A stretch of 64,000 nucleotides of DNA from Octopus vulgaris (taxonomy: Eukaryota): NCBI GenBank assembly GCA_951406725.2, contig OX597832.1, positions 64,294,001-64,358,000 on the forward strand, given 5' to 3'. Within the stretch, counting starts at the first letter, position 1. Every line of letters begins with the position of its first letter. The notes under the pieces are model-generated. The model was given only the letters and a program-made list of their open reading frames with translations. It was not told the DNA's origin and searched no databases. This document shows positions 41,331 to 55,892 of this stretch, one piece after another. Made by a program: the position numbers and the translations under genes.

Positions 41331-42201
41331 ATGTACATACATAGTTATATAACTATATATATAATCATGCAAATATGTAACTTCACAATAATACATCAAC
41401 ATGCGTATGCCACAATTATATCCACATACAATATATTTATTGATATATTGATACTCACATACACACATATTATTTGCAATACGTGTATGCTGTATATACA
41501 TACTTGCGCGCACATATATATACATACATGATATACATAAAAATGTGTTCTCAGCACACACGCACACACACACACTCATACATATATATTATACCGACAT
41601 TAAATTCGTTTACTTTTTTTTACATTCTGCTCTTACAAAAATTATTTATTTCCGTGTTTATTGTATCGATAACGATATCTTAAACTCTAATGTTTCCACA
41701 TAAATAAATACATTTCCCGTTTATCGTTAGATTTTTTTTTTTGTCGTCTCTCTTTGCGCTGGACAAAATTGTTTCTCCTTTATCACCATTCAATACAATT
41801 CTTTTGAGAACGATTTTATTCTTTCTCTGTCAAATAATTCCTCCTTTCTAGTCCTCTGGAATAGCAGAGATTTTAGAGCTTCGTACAAAGAGCCTTGCGG
41901 TATTCATGTAAAACCTCTTAACGATAAGAGTTCAAATCAAACTGAATTCAACTTTATTCTCTAAATTTCTTTGTGCCTATATAAGAAATATATATTTAAT
42001 TCCTCTTATGGTCCCGAATAGTGGAACTCTGAAAGCATCAAACAAAATGGCTTGTGTTAAACTGTTACGGTCCTTTTTCATTTCAACATCACTTTGCGTC
42101 CTTCAGAGTACGATAAATAAAGTACTAGCTGTGCACTGGAATCAATAAAATCCACTGCTGCTTAGAAATCTGGCAAATTGCATTTGCACCCATTGAATTT
42201 C

Positions 42202-42329
<128 letters not shown>

Positions 42330-42872
42330 TGTATATATATATATATATATAACTGTAAGAACTTACTGTGGACAAGGGTACGTGGTGTTCGAGTATAAAT
42401 TTATAAAAAATACACATTAAGTACAGGTTCTCACCAACGAGCGAAAAACACGTAAACACAGTGAGATGAGTAAAGGACAAAATACCAAAAGTTACATAAT
42501 AAGAACAGGGCATGCTCAACGGGTAAAAAATACGTAAAAAGATAATGAGAGAGAAGTACAGAACAAAATACCAAAAAGAGTCTACTTCCTCCTCAGTTGT
42601 CGATTGTTTATTACTCTCAATTTACAGTTTTCAAGAATTAGATATGAAAATTCATAAGACAGCAGCATCAAGAAATTTAAAAAATATAAATTTTGTGGAG
42701 AGTTAAGGCTTCGAACGAACAAAAAGCAACAGAATGGACGTACAAAGTAAACAATCGACGGTCCCGGACGTAATGTGTGTGTATAGAGAGAGAGATATAG
42801 ATATAGATATAGATTAGCATATCCTTAGGTAGGTTCATAGGAATTATATAGAAGTGAATATTGTAAATATGG

Positions 42873-43205
42873 CTTTTATCTTTTATTTGTCTCAGTCATT
42901 GGCCTGTGGCCATACTGGGGCAACACCTTGACAGACATTTTAAAGTATAATGAATCGACCACAGTACTAATAATTTTTTCAAGCCTGAAACACAGACACA
43001 TGCAACATATGCGTACACACACACACACAAACACACATATATATATATATATACATACACACACGACGGGTTTCCTTCAGTCTCCGTCTACCAAATCAAC
43101 TCAAAAGGATTTAGTCTCTCCGGGTCACTACTAGAAGACACTTTCACAATATACCATACAGTTAGACTGAACCTGGAAACATGTGGTTGGGAAACAAATG
43201 TTTTA
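42873..43205 (-). mobile_element. SINE family A, degenerate
   Basis: Reverse-complement tail and head match. Confidence 0.8.
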
Positions 43206-43294
43206 CATATATATATATTTATTTATTTGTGTGTGTGTGTGTGTATTTATACATTGTATCACTATATTTGTATACAGTGACACGCATGCACACA

Positions 43295-43490
43295 AATGCA
43301 CGAGTATCATGTGATCATCTGTCTATTCTGGCGAATACGTGACCAAAGTTTTTGTAAGATCCCTGCTGTGTGGCCGCTAATCCATGGCTTATATTCACGA
43401 CGTGTTTATTGTCGAACATTGTCTAAATTTAATCCTATTGACAAAGAAATATTTCCGATGCACAAACTTCGTCGTAAGTATGTAGGTGGG
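43295..43490 (+). pseudogene. EGF-repeat relic block
   Basis: CDH/YSGEYVT; FCK; HGLYS; EHCLN. Confidence 0.5.
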
Positions 43491-43629
43491 TAGGCATATA
43501 TGAGTATATTTATTTTATCTATCTATGCATCTGTCTGTCTGTCTGTTTGTCTGTTCCTGTTTCTCTCTCTCCCCTCTCTCTCTCTCTCTCGCTCACACAC
43601 ACACACATGTATATATATGTATATATAAA

Positions 43630-43795
43630 TAGGCGTAGACATAACTGCGTAGCAAGAAGTTTACTTCTCAGCCATAGGCTTCCGGGTTCATTCCCACTGC
43701 AAGACACCTTGGACGAGTGTCTCTACTATACTCTCAGGCTAACAGAAGACCTGTGATTGTATATAATAGACGGAAACTGAAAGAAGCACATCGTT
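43630..43795 (+). mobile_element. SINE family A 5' half
   Basis: CCGGGTTCATTCCCACTGCAAGACACCTTGG...GACGGAAACTGAAAGAAGC. Confidence 0.8.
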
Positions 43796-43890
43796 TAAAT
43801 GTATATATATATTGCATTGCAATTAAAAACATTTATGTATTAAGAATTTGGGTACTTTACACCCATAACCCCTATCTTACTTGTACTATA

Positions 43891-43923
<33 letters not shown>

Positions 43924-43998
43924 CAAAATAAGCAACAAGGATATCCAGAATATCCAGAAGCAGCAGGGATGCCTCTTGATATCCTTGTTGCTAATTTG
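43924..43998. repeat. 75-nt hairpin
   Basis: Perfect 15-bp arms AGCAACAAGGATATC / GATATCCTTGTTGCT, extendable outward and inward. Confidence 0.85.
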
Positions 43999-44079
43999 GA
44001 TTTTAATCACCTTATTTTGAAATTGTATGGATAATACCGTACTAGATTCTGGTGCCTCAACTAAAGTACCATATTCCTC

Positions 44080-44122
<43 letters not shown>

Positions 44123-44161
44123 AAATATGTATGTATGTATGTATATTAAAGAAAAGAAAAG

Positions 44162-44360
44162 AAATGTTGAGCGCGGTAAATTATAAAACTGGAAAATATT
44201 GTCAGAAAACGGCTACAGGCGTGGAACCTGATTTCAGCCGCTATCTGAGGGGTACAGGTTCGACTCCTGTATCAGCCTTCTGGCAACATTTCCCCGTCTT
44301 ATAAGGACAAATACCCAATATTTCTCTGATGTGCTTAGAATTTTACCGCGTTCAACATTT
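44162..44360. repeat. Palindromic element with a tRNA T-arm/B-box-like segment in each arm
   Basis: Termini AAATGTTGAGCGCGGTAAA / TTTACCGCGTTCAACATTT (18/19); inner ACAGG-TTCGACT-CCTGT mirrored by ACAGGCGTGGAACCTG. Confidence 0.8.
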
Positions 44361-44450
44361 GCTTGCTTGTCTGTTATACACACACATATATGTATGTATG
44401 TACAGATAAAAACTCATAAATATATATACACATTTATATATTTGTAATAT

Positions 44451-44493
<43 letters not shown>

Positions 44494-44496
44494 CAA

Positions 44497-44548
<52 letters not shown>

Positions 44549-44557
44549 CTATATATG

Positions 44558-44593
<36 letters not shown>

Positions 44594-45279
44594 TTTATAT
44601 ATGTATATATACATACACGTGCACATATATGTAGTTAAGTTTATACTAATAATGTAACGAAAACGAAAGAATTTTCATTAGAAAAAAACTTATAATATAT
44701 TATACACAATTCGAAAAAAAAAAGGAAATTTGTTTTGTATGAAATAAAGGAAAAATTTTAGAAAGACGCAAAAGAATTTCGGGCGCCATATAGATTGTAA
44801 CGGAAATATAAACTGCTGTATCTGGAAAGTAATATTGAAATTTTAGAAAATATACAAACTGAAGAACCGCTGTCGACAGAGAATAAAAACGGCGAGCATT
44901 TGAAAAAGAAAGGAAAAAATCTGTAAAAGAGAAACGATAGGGAATGGTATCGAGAAGTACACACATACATACACACATACACACATACACACTCACGCAC
45001 ACACGTGCACTTTCGTACGTATACAGGTTTTTGTGTTCGTGTATATATACGTAAATAAGAATGAGAGCTCCAAACCGCATTTGTGAATAAATATTCCTGA
45101 TTTGTGTATGAAGACTACCATTGGTTTCATATTAAGAAAAAAGCTCAACAATTTTTTTCAAGTGGATCACATAGAGAAATAGGAGTTCGTCCCCATTTTG
45201 GATACACACACCCACACACACACATATATTATTATTATTTCTAAATCTCTCTAAGTGAGACTACAGCAACAGCACTGTG

Positions 45280-45858
45280 TATTAATAGCTATCGCCAAGT
45301 TAACATGGTAGTCCAGAAAAATAGGACGAATGCTGCCGTTGATTAGCTCCAAGAGGCCATCGCCTCTAGACAATTATGTGACACACAAATCTGTGTCCAT
45401 TACTACCTTCGAACAGAGAAGGTCATCAACTTCCCCTAGCTGATTCAACATCCACAGGCTAGTTTCGGGGTATTTGCCCGTTATGAATTTGGTGTAGCGG
45501 AACCCAGCAGGGGGCGCTGTTGGGTGTCTGTTCGAATGTTTATTTGAATATATCCAGTGGAACACATCCTCTGGTTTTCAAATAGAAAAATTACTATTTA
45601 TAAATCTCACTAAAGGAGACTTCTAACAGACAGTCAACAGCGACGCCTGCTGGTTTCAGCTACTCTACATTGATAAGGAGAAAATATTCCGAAACTTTTC
45701 TGTGGTTGTTGAACCAGCAAGGGGAAGCTGACGACCTCCCCTGTTCGAAGGTTGTCATGGAAAGCTAGCTAGAGGCGATGGCTTCTTGGAGCTAATCAAC
45801 GGCAGCATTCGTTCTATTTTTCTGCACTGCCATGTTAGCTTGGCGGTAACTATGAATA
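45280..45858. mobile_element. Foldback / long-TIR MITE-like element
   Basis: ~45280-45540 is an imperfect reverse complement of ~45620-45858 (for example CGAATGCTGCCGTTGATTAGCTCCAAGA is exact). Confidence 0.8.
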
Positions 45859-46071
45859 TATATATATATATATGTACATTATATACATATATGCATTTGT
45901 ATATATTTGTTTCACTGTATCCGTCTATCTATCTATGAAGTTTTAGAAAAAATGCTTGGTACAGTCATAATATGTGAAGGAAGACTTTCATAAATTTAAA
46001 AGCACGTAAGGTGCTTAAGAAATGCTAAAAGATATCACGTGAGGTTTGTGTCATTCTTTATAAGAGTTGTT

Positions 46072-46268
46072 ATCGTCGTCGTCCCCCCTCTCCCTCCTCC
46101 TCCTCCTCATCATCATTTAACGTCCGTTTTCCATACTCGGACGGTTTGACAGAAGCTGGTAAGCCGAAGGGCAGCACCGGGCTCCAGTCACCTGTTTTGG
46201 CAAGGTTTCTACGGTGGGATGCCTTTCCAAACGCCAACCATTTCATAAAGTGTACCTGGTGCTGCTTA
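46072..46268 (-). mobile_element. SINE 3' part with a Nin-like domain and (GAT)n/(GAG)n tail
   Basis: Minus strand GGTTGGCGTTTGGAAAGGCATCCCACCGTAGAAACC ... GGAAAACGGACGTTAAATGATGATGAG; domain name from memory. Confidence 0.7.
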
Positions 46269-46345
46269 TAAATTTGATAATTTTGAATTCTTTCATACAT
46301 ACATATATATGAATATATAAATATATATGTATGTGTGTGAATGTT

Positions 46346-46419
<74 letters not shown>

Positions 46420-46730
46420 TGTGTGTGTGTGTGCGTGCGTGCGCGTGTATGTGTGTGTGTATGTAAGTGGGTGCGTTTTAATGGTCTAATGTCTTTCCAG
46501 CAAGTGTCCTTACATGACCGCAGTCCAATGATTCAAACACCCAGATGAAATAATAACATATACCCACAGATATATTGTGACTGCGGTAAATGATTCTTGT
46601 AGCATACCAGTTGCCCTTGCGGCAAATATTAAAATATTGTTCCTGTTACTATCAATATATCATATCGTTACTTCTGCAACTGCCCTTAGTAATAGTTATT
46701 ATAATTGTATAATGAAGCATTCTTCTTCTT

Positions 46731-46826
<96 letters not shown>

Positions 46827-46889
46827 ATTATTATTACCATTCTTCTAGTAATTATTATTATAATGTAATGTCTTAACGGTTTAATTTCT

Positions 46890-47010
46890 GGTAAGAGAAA
46901 GCTGTCCGCAAGCGTCTGACAACTTCAGATCTGTATTGGAAATGGTTGACAGTTCATTGTAGAGAGAACTGTTGATTCCAGCAACAGACTACGCATGACT
47001 TAATTGAATT
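46890..47010 (+). pseudogene. EGF-repeat relic block
   Basis: ESCPQ; QICIGNG*Q; ENC. Confidence 0.45.
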
Positions 47011-47370
47011 GCTTTGATTTCTGCAGAGTTATTTATGTTGCGTTCGCCTTATTAAGTGAATTCAATTGATAATTCTTGGCTTAAATTTTCTCGTAACTAT
47101 AGAAATTTCGTTTTCCATTTTCAACTGTATGCATTCCCTAGTGACGAGTTTTATAGTTAAGTGCACACGTGGGTGTGCATGTGTATCGGCGCACGTGCGA
47201 CTGTGTCTGTGTATGTCTGTATATCACTGGTTATAGGTGTGCTTGTGCGTGTTCTTATGAATGTGAATGTTATAAGGAGATTGTGAACCAGTGTATGAAC
47301 GTTTAGAGGCAATATATGTATCTGTGTGTATATATTGATATTTCAAGTGCATTCTCGCACTGATAAAAGC

Positions 47371-47860
<490 letters not shown>

Positions 47861-48226
47861 TATCTATATCTTAATCTAACTATCTGTCTCTCCATCTGTC
47901 TGTCTCTCTGTCTCGCTGCATAGTTGTCTATATTTATGCAGATATGTATAAGCGTGTTTAGGTGTGTACGTATGTGTAAGCGTGATTAAGTGTGTGTATA
48001 TGTGTATTGCATATTTGTATGTTTTTAAATATGTTTTTTTAAACGTAAAATTTCTACATGTATACAATGCGTGCGCGCACACTGACGCTCAGCCCCCTCC
48101 TATCTACCTAATGTGTTTCTATATATTTCAAGGCATGAGTACAAATCGTTAATCGATAGATGAGTCAGTATATATATTACTGTTAAATCATGTATGATTA
48201 TTACTTTCATATTACACACACATACA

Positions 48227-48286
<60 letters not shown>

Positions 48287-48329
48287 CATATCTATATATA
48301 AACATGTTCTCCTTTGAAATATATTTAAA

Positions 48330-48700
48330 GTTCTTTGCAGAAATCACGGCAATCATTCATAAAACGCATTTTTTTAAATGGGAAAAGGCACTTCCAGGGA
48401 TTTGTGATTGAGTACGTAAGGTATTGAGTGCATATCTGTAGCTTCTTGTGTGGATATCGTTGCAGTGATGTAAAATGAGAGTATATTTTCGTTGGGTGCC
48501 CGAATATGTGTGTACTTTCATTCATTTCTTTTCGTTCACAAGGTATCTGTGCAATAATATCAATCCTACCTGTTCTTATTAATTTCGTGCTTGCTTTCAC
48601 GATACCTGTAACCCCAGATTTTTGATAATGTTTTCTGCCTGAGAAAGCAGTTTATATCTTCTCCGTCCGTGGAGCTTGTTGGCGTAATTTCTTCGCACAG
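48330..48700 (+). pseudogene. EGF-repeat relic block
   Basis: GICD; GYRCSDV; GCPNMCVLS; QGICAI; TCNPRF; VFCLRK. Confidence 0.55.
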
Positions 48701-48935
48701 AAATGCGAATTTCTGAGATATTTAATACTATAAGAGCTTTTCATCCCTTTCGTAGGACATATTGAGGGGGTTTTTGCGAACCTTTTTCTTTTTCTAGATT
48801 TGGGAAAAGATCTTGATTTTATAAAAAATTTCACTGTAATTGCATGGATGTGAGTGTATATATGCACATAGGAACGATTAATTCATGCGTGTATGTATGT
48901 ATGTATGTATGTATGTATGTATGTATGTATGTATG

Positions 48936-48969
<34 letters not shown>

Positions 48970-49759
48970 TGTATGTGTGTGTGTATGTATGTATGTATGT
49001 ATGTATGTATAAATGTATGTATGTAAATGTGTGTATGTATGTATCTGTGTGTATGTATGTATGCATGCGTGTATGTATGTGTATGTATGAATGCGCGTGT
49101 GTATATGTATGTATGTGTGTGTATGTGCGTACGTATGTATGCATGTATGTATGGATGCATGCATATATGTATGTATTCGTATATATATAAATGTATGTAA
49201 GCGTAATCGTATGCATGTATGTATGTGTGTATGTATGCAACTATACGTATATCTGTATGTATGTATTTATGTAAGTATACGTATGTGTATGTATGTAAGT
49301 ATACGTATATGTATGTGTGTATGTATGTGCGTATGTACGTGTGCATCTACTATTCATTGAAGAATGTTACTATCGATTCGCATAAAGGCATATTTCAATT
49401 CCTGTGCTTTTGATGCGTACACAGACAAAAATAAAATTATACACACACACACACATTTATAGATACAAAGATACATACATACATACATACGCATATACAT
49501 GTCTACGTATTAACACCTACATATACATATACTTATATTCATACACACATTACAGCCAAACATACTTACAAAACAATTTTTGTATCTTATTTAATGTGGA
49601 TGTACTGTAAGAATACCGTAATGCTGCGGTATTCCTCGAGAAAGAAGAATCCCACTCACACACACACACATGAAATGAAGTAACTGCGAAGGTAGTCTGA
49701 TATACTCTTGTGTCATTCGTTATTTCAGTATCAGATGTTTTGAAAAGGGTTTTTCTTCT

Positions 49760-50247
49760 TTTTTTGGTATTTGGAGTGCGTTGTTGGGATTTGATGTGGA
49801 GAGACGGTATGACGATGTCTGACGTAATATTAGCTTTAGAAAGTCTGTACACCCATCGATTGTACAAAGAATAACAGACAATCGAATTATTCATAACTAT
49901 TACAATACAAAATTATTTCGTCTCATAGAAACAATCACTTACTTTCCAAGCGCCACCGTACCACACTGGATCTGTTGCGCTATCTTTTTTAAATTGCAGC
50001 TCATTTTAAGAACGAATTAAAATGATTTGGCACGGAGTTAAAACTGCTTACACCAAGGCATTTTACCTGTGCACATCACCTTTGAAGATATATGCTTACC
50101 TTTCTCGATTTCAGAAATATTTACGCCACAACAATAAACGTATGTTACCAGAATGAAACGTATATATATGAGTAAATATTCAATATATATATGTATGTAT
50201 ATATGTGTGTGTGTGTGAGATGTATATATGTGCATATATAGATATAT

Positions 50248-50290
<43 letters not shown>

Positions 50291-50364
50291 TGTATATTTT
50301 ATATATATATATATTTTTATTATATATGTATGTGTATATATATGTATAATATGTGTGTATGTGT

Positions 50365-50414
<50 letters not shown>

Positions 50415-50850
50415 AAGAGAGAATATATGTGTATTTGTTTGTGTGCATGTACATATGTGCAATATATGGCGCTACAATTTTGCATACATGCATCAATAAA
50501 CGCGTATACATATATTCTAAAAGGCATGCATGTTTAAATCCATCCGTACGTCTACCAATGCATACATCCATATGAAAGTGGATATAAAGAAACGGGGAAA
50601 CATCGAAACGATGTAATGTTTGGTTACGTTTGCTCGTATAAAACTGCTTTACCAATGAATCTTAGTGAAATGAAGTTGGCATGAGTGACGTCTTGAGAGA
50701 GAAATTCTATAAACTCCTAAACTTGGGTTCTGACTTCAAACTGAAGGCTTTCATTTGATTGATGCGGACATAAAATCAATTGATTTCTTTCAAGGAAATA
50801 AAACGAGACTTCAAAACCTTTCAGTGCATCGATTTTCTTGGAAATATTCC
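49760..50850 (+). pseudogene. EGF-repeat relic blocks (split by a TA tract)
   Basis: VFGVRCWD; IDCTKNNRQSNY; 50616: MFGYVCSY / NCFTNES**NEVGMSDVLREKFY. Confidence 0.6.
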
Positions 50851-51256
50851 ATGGAAAGAAAAATGGGAATTAGTAAAGCTAGGAAACAGAGAGAAGGTTA
50901 TACCGAAAAGGAAGTGAAATTAACTGGCAACAAAACAAGTTTAAAAGGAAAGTATAAATTGAAAATATAAAAATAAAATAAAGACGAGGAAGAACTTAAA
51001 GAAAAAATGCAAAAAAGAAACTTTAGTTAGCTATATTAGAATATGTAATAGTATGACGAAATTGCATGTTAAAGAACTGGACTGATACACACTTAAATAA
51101 CCTGTACTTTCATGCTTCCGAGTCGCAAAGTTCTGCGTTCAAATCACAAATGCTTCCACATTGCAGTTTACCCCCGTCAGATAGATGTTACACAAATACA
51201 TACATACATACATACATACACACACACGCATTTATGCGTATATATATATACATCTT

Positions 51257-51585
51257 CGTAGGAGTGGCTGTGTGGTAAAAATCTTGCTTCGCAACCACAA
51301 GGTTCAAATTTCAGTCCCAAAGCGTGGCATTTTGGGCAAGTGTCTTCTACTATAGCCGCGGGCCGACCGAAGCCTTGTGAGACGGAAACAGAAAGAAAAC
51401 CGTCGTGTATGTGTGTGTGTGTGTGAGAGAGAGTCGGGTTCCTTTCAGTTTTTGTCAATCAAATCCATTTAGTAGGCTTTGCTCTGCCCGGAGCTAAAGT
51501 AATAAACATCCTCCCGAAGTGACACATAGCAGTGCTGAACCGACAACCAAGAGGTGGTCAGGCAAACTTCTTACCATACAACCAC
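51257..51585. mobile_element. Two SINE family A 5' halves in convergent orientation
   Basis: + copy at 51257-51410, - copy at 51433-51585. Confidence 0.78.
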
Positions 51586-51611
51586 ATACACATTTACACA
51601 CGCACACGCAC

Positions 51612-51657
<46 letters not shown>

Positions 51658-52304
51658 ACACACACACACACGGGTTGTTACTATGTTATCGGTTTTCTAG
51701 GAAACATTAAAACATCTGACAAGTTTTTGCTCCTCTTTGCCAAGCAACCTCATCGCATGTTGTTTTACACGGCTCTTGATTAAATGGCATAAAACACCTG
51801 TCTACTTCTTTTATCAACTCCAGGATGAAGACATGCAAAATTGAAGTCCGGACATAGAAAATTGGACTGCATGTTCCTGGAACTATAATCGCAAAGCAAA
51901 TACCTGTGTACATATATACATACATTACATAAATCCATCCATACATACATAATTATAATTAAGGGCGCTGGAATGCCAGCGTCTATACGCTAAAAGTAGA
52001 TGTCAAATACCTACAATTCACTCTAAATCAATTTTCTATTTATAACCCTAGTTCGGATGCGAGGTAACGGGCAAGAACATTTATAAAATTTCGGATAATC
52101 CTACATCTTAAGATTTCATGCTCTGCAATAGAAATTACCCTTAATTATAATTTTGATAAGTAATTATATACTTAAAACTTAATTTTACCGATACGGTCAT
52201 TTTTATACGCAACCCAGTTTTTCAACGTCAAACGAGATTACTTTCTCAGCGTCATCAACAACTTAATAGTAAGCAAGCTACTTATCACACAGCCTCTCCT
52301 GCGC

Positions 52305-52341
<37 letters not shown>

Positions 52342-52559
52342 AGTGTGTGAGAGAGGGATTGCTGATGTTCCTCCGACCGGCTTCTTTGTTTGTGTCGATT
52401 CGCTTGTATGTTGAAAATATGCTGCCTAGTGTGGTCGCATCTAAAACCATTTAGTTGCAACACGAAATACTTAGCTGCACATCTATATCCTTCTCTCTCT
52501 GTATATAAGGGACTAAAACGACCTGAGTGTGTGAAACGAATGAACCGTTTTATTTATTG

Positions 52560-53540
52560 ACAAAACCTGTAAATCTGAATCAAATCTGCTCATAAACTTC
52601 TCTTATTATCAACTTGTATTAATTAGATACATCGTGTCGTTGATGAGAGCCTATTTAGCGTCTCATTTAACAAATAAGGAGGGGAGCTGAGTGGAAGAGA
52701 TTTATGGTGAAGCCTTTTAAACTCGTTCTTATTGCTACAAATAGCATTCGATTAAAATCAGGCATGACTCGAAAATGTGCTTTCTCTAAGCACTAATTAA
52801 ACGAATAATGGCTAGAAAGGATCAAAGATGTCGTTAGAAGCTAGCGAGGCGCATTAGATATAATTGATCCGGACACCTAAAAGTATTTCGCACTATGAGC
52901 AGAATAGGGCCGCATGAAAGCTTTATCTTGTAAAGTATGCTCACTAAGTCAACATGTCAAAGTGCATCTGTGTGTCAAATCTATAGATAAAGACGTGCGA
53001 AGGTACGAAACATCGATACCTTTCACTTATTGTCTGACTCTTCTTCAAGTTTGCTTTCTGGGACTTCTGCAAAAATATTTTTCGATTTCGGATTATTTTT
53101 GTAAGAGTTTTGACCTGAAACCGAGTACTAAGACCAGTTTAGAAACAGCTATAACTGGTCACCAACAACCGCTGAGTGTGTTTATAAACTTTATGAAGAA
53201 CGGCTATTTGCAAATAGCCTCATATATTTATTTTATGATTAATCGCATGAGAAACATCAGTGTTCAAAAGGTTTTTGCAGGAACTGGTGGTGAGGGTTCA
53301 GAAGGGACATGTGTTATCATAAGGTCGACAGTTTGCAAAAAACTGACCACCAATGAAATTGCTTAAGGACCAATGGTAGTATTCCATCCCGATCCTTGAA
53401 TGTATATCGGCTGGCTATTTATGGACAGTTTGGCGAATAAACTGCGAATGTCTGGGACCAACAAGGTATAGAATAGGTACACTGGATAATTATACTGCAC
53501 TTTCGGATGTGATTTTAGTCCTTCATATTTGGTTATTTTG
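52560..53540 (+). pseudogene. Longest uninterrupted EGF-repeat relic block
   Basis: IYGEA; NG*KGS; 53141: RNSYNWSPTTAECVYKLYEERLFANS; QCSKGF; NCLRTNGS; 53398: EC../YGQFGE*/NCECLGP/NRYTG*LYCTFGCDF. Confidence 0.7.
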
Positions 53541-53681
53541 TAGTATATTCAAGATCACAACGTATTGTAATCGAAACCTACGGTAGAGACTGGATTTATT
53601 ATATTGAGCATTAAGAATCGTTTGAGTAAAGCATATATCTAAAACCTACGAGCGCACGATTAAAATAAATAGTTGAAGCTA

Positions 53682-53972
53682 GACGCAGGCATGGTTGTGA
53701 GAATCAGTAGTTAGCTTTTCAACTACGTGGCCTCGGGTTAAGTTCCACAGTGAAGATCCTTGAGAAAGTGTTTTCTAATATCGTCTTGGTGCGACCAGCA
53801 CCTTGTGAGTAAACTTGATTGAAGAAAAGCTTATGGAAGAACGTCATGTGTGTGTTGTGAACGTGTGTGTATGTATAGCTTTGATAACTTTGATAGGTTT
53901 CGGCCAGTATAGGCTCAGGCCACGTCTAACTTAATAGCACTACCTGGTGCTCTCTCTCTTTCTCTCTTTCTC

Positions 53973-54059
<87 letters not shown>

Positions 54060-54290
54060 GAGTGTGTGATCATGTGTGTGCGCGCATGTCTATGTGTTTG
54101 TCTTCTATCGCTTGACAACTGTTGTTGCTTCGTTTAGGTCCCCGTAACGTAACGGTTCGGTTAAATATACAAACAGAATTAGTACTAAGCTTTAAAAGTA
54201 ACTGATTTGAGTGACTCGTTCGATTAAATCGGTCAAGGTTGTGCTCCAGCATGGCAGCGTTACTCGCAGAAAGATCTTGAACAGTAAAAG
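53682..54290 (+). mobile_element. Degenerate SINE family A pieces
   Basis: Head ~53682-53850; 3' part ~54095-54290 (TCGCTTGACAAC...GTGCTCCAGCATGGC). Confidence 0.7.
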
Positions 54291-54634
54291 TATATGAAAC
54301 CATTTAGGAATGCTTCTATGAATTCTGGAGCAGCAAAACCTTCACACGTATACCCACATACATAAGCAGGTGCATACACACACACACATACATAAACGCA
54401 TACTTAAATTTTACAATTAAAAATGAATTTTTTGAAGAAAGTCAAATTTTTCTTTGAAGGGTTTGAAGCCTTTGACTGACCCTTTATTTGATCTTCACCC
54501 CAAAATGGGGTGGGGAGGTGTAAGTTGAATCTCATAGTATTTGAACTGAAAAAAAGGAACAAAAAAAAAAAAACGAAATAACATAACGTGTTTAGGCCAG
54601 CATCCTACCGTGTCTATAACCGCAATGCGTACAA

Positions 54635-54735
<101 letters not shown>

Positions 54736-55815
54736 GATATATATATACACACGGCTACGTCGAAACATAGACACGTAACATGTACAGCAGCACTTGAAGT
54801 TTTACACATACAACACCCGAACTCAAACACTTTCAAACGCAAGCTCTTTCGTAAGTGAACAAAATAGACACTGAAAATCAAAAAAAAAAAAAAACACACA
54901 CACAAATTGCATAAAAAAACATCCTCATAAACACACATGAAAACATAAGCGCTTTGAAACACAAACACTGTCGCACATGCGCATAACCACGCAAGCATAC
55001 ATGCAAACACTCACACATTTATATTGCGTATACATAATATCTGCAAGCAAAACACACGAAAACGTCTATACTCACACAACATACAGAGGCAATAAACATA
55101 CACACACAGCAATTCGTAGATAAATACAAAAAATATAAGTAATAATGATTGAACATCTAAAAGACGAAGATTATATAAACCCTCCTGCCCAACCCTACCA
55201 CTGTTCTGGTAATATAATGAAAACTTTTCTTCCCAAATTTATCAGAATATCGTCTGTAATTTATCGTTCTCCCAATATTTACACCAAAAGGACTAGTCTT
55301 ACAATCAGTTGATTATCTTTTTCTCTGTCGACCCACCACCCGCTTCACACACCAACTCTATCCTTAAATCTTCCCTCCAATATGCAACAACAATTCAAAC
55401 ACAACAATAAATATAACAACTTTAACAACATTTCCACTAAAATACTAAGGCGTTTGTGTCCAGTTAAAAGAAAGACAATCAACACAATCTAATCAACTCA
55501 ACTGTAGCAATATCAAACATTTTTCATGAAATAACTCACTAAAAAAATTACTAAAAAAATAATAAAAAGAACCACAGCAGGGGAACCGGGGAACTAATAA
55601 ATACCAACGCAGACCGAAACGAAACGAAATTCGTACATATCGTTTTCCATTTTTTTGTTATTTCGGTCGGTCACTGAATCTGTTATGGAATAGAGGGTAA
55701 AATAAATAAATAGATGTATTATTATTGGATATTGGCTATTGGCTATTAAGAAGAACAACTTGAAATTTTCTTTCGAGATTTCAATATTAACTATATACTC
55801 ATAAATACATACATA

Positions 55816-55892
<77 letters not shown>

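Noticed and set aside
44205-44280. tRNA gene
   Set aside because: Only a T-arm and 3' acceptor-like strand; no cloverleaf. SINE heads elsewhere are likewise not tRNA genes.
45728-45765. Hammerhead starting CUGACGA
   Set aside because: No properly placed stem II-GAAA-stem III-UH, and the motif is absent from the opposite arm.
52914-53366. 150-aa ORF as a live gene
   Set aside because: No coherent domain in frame; the EGF-like motifs are scattered across different frames.
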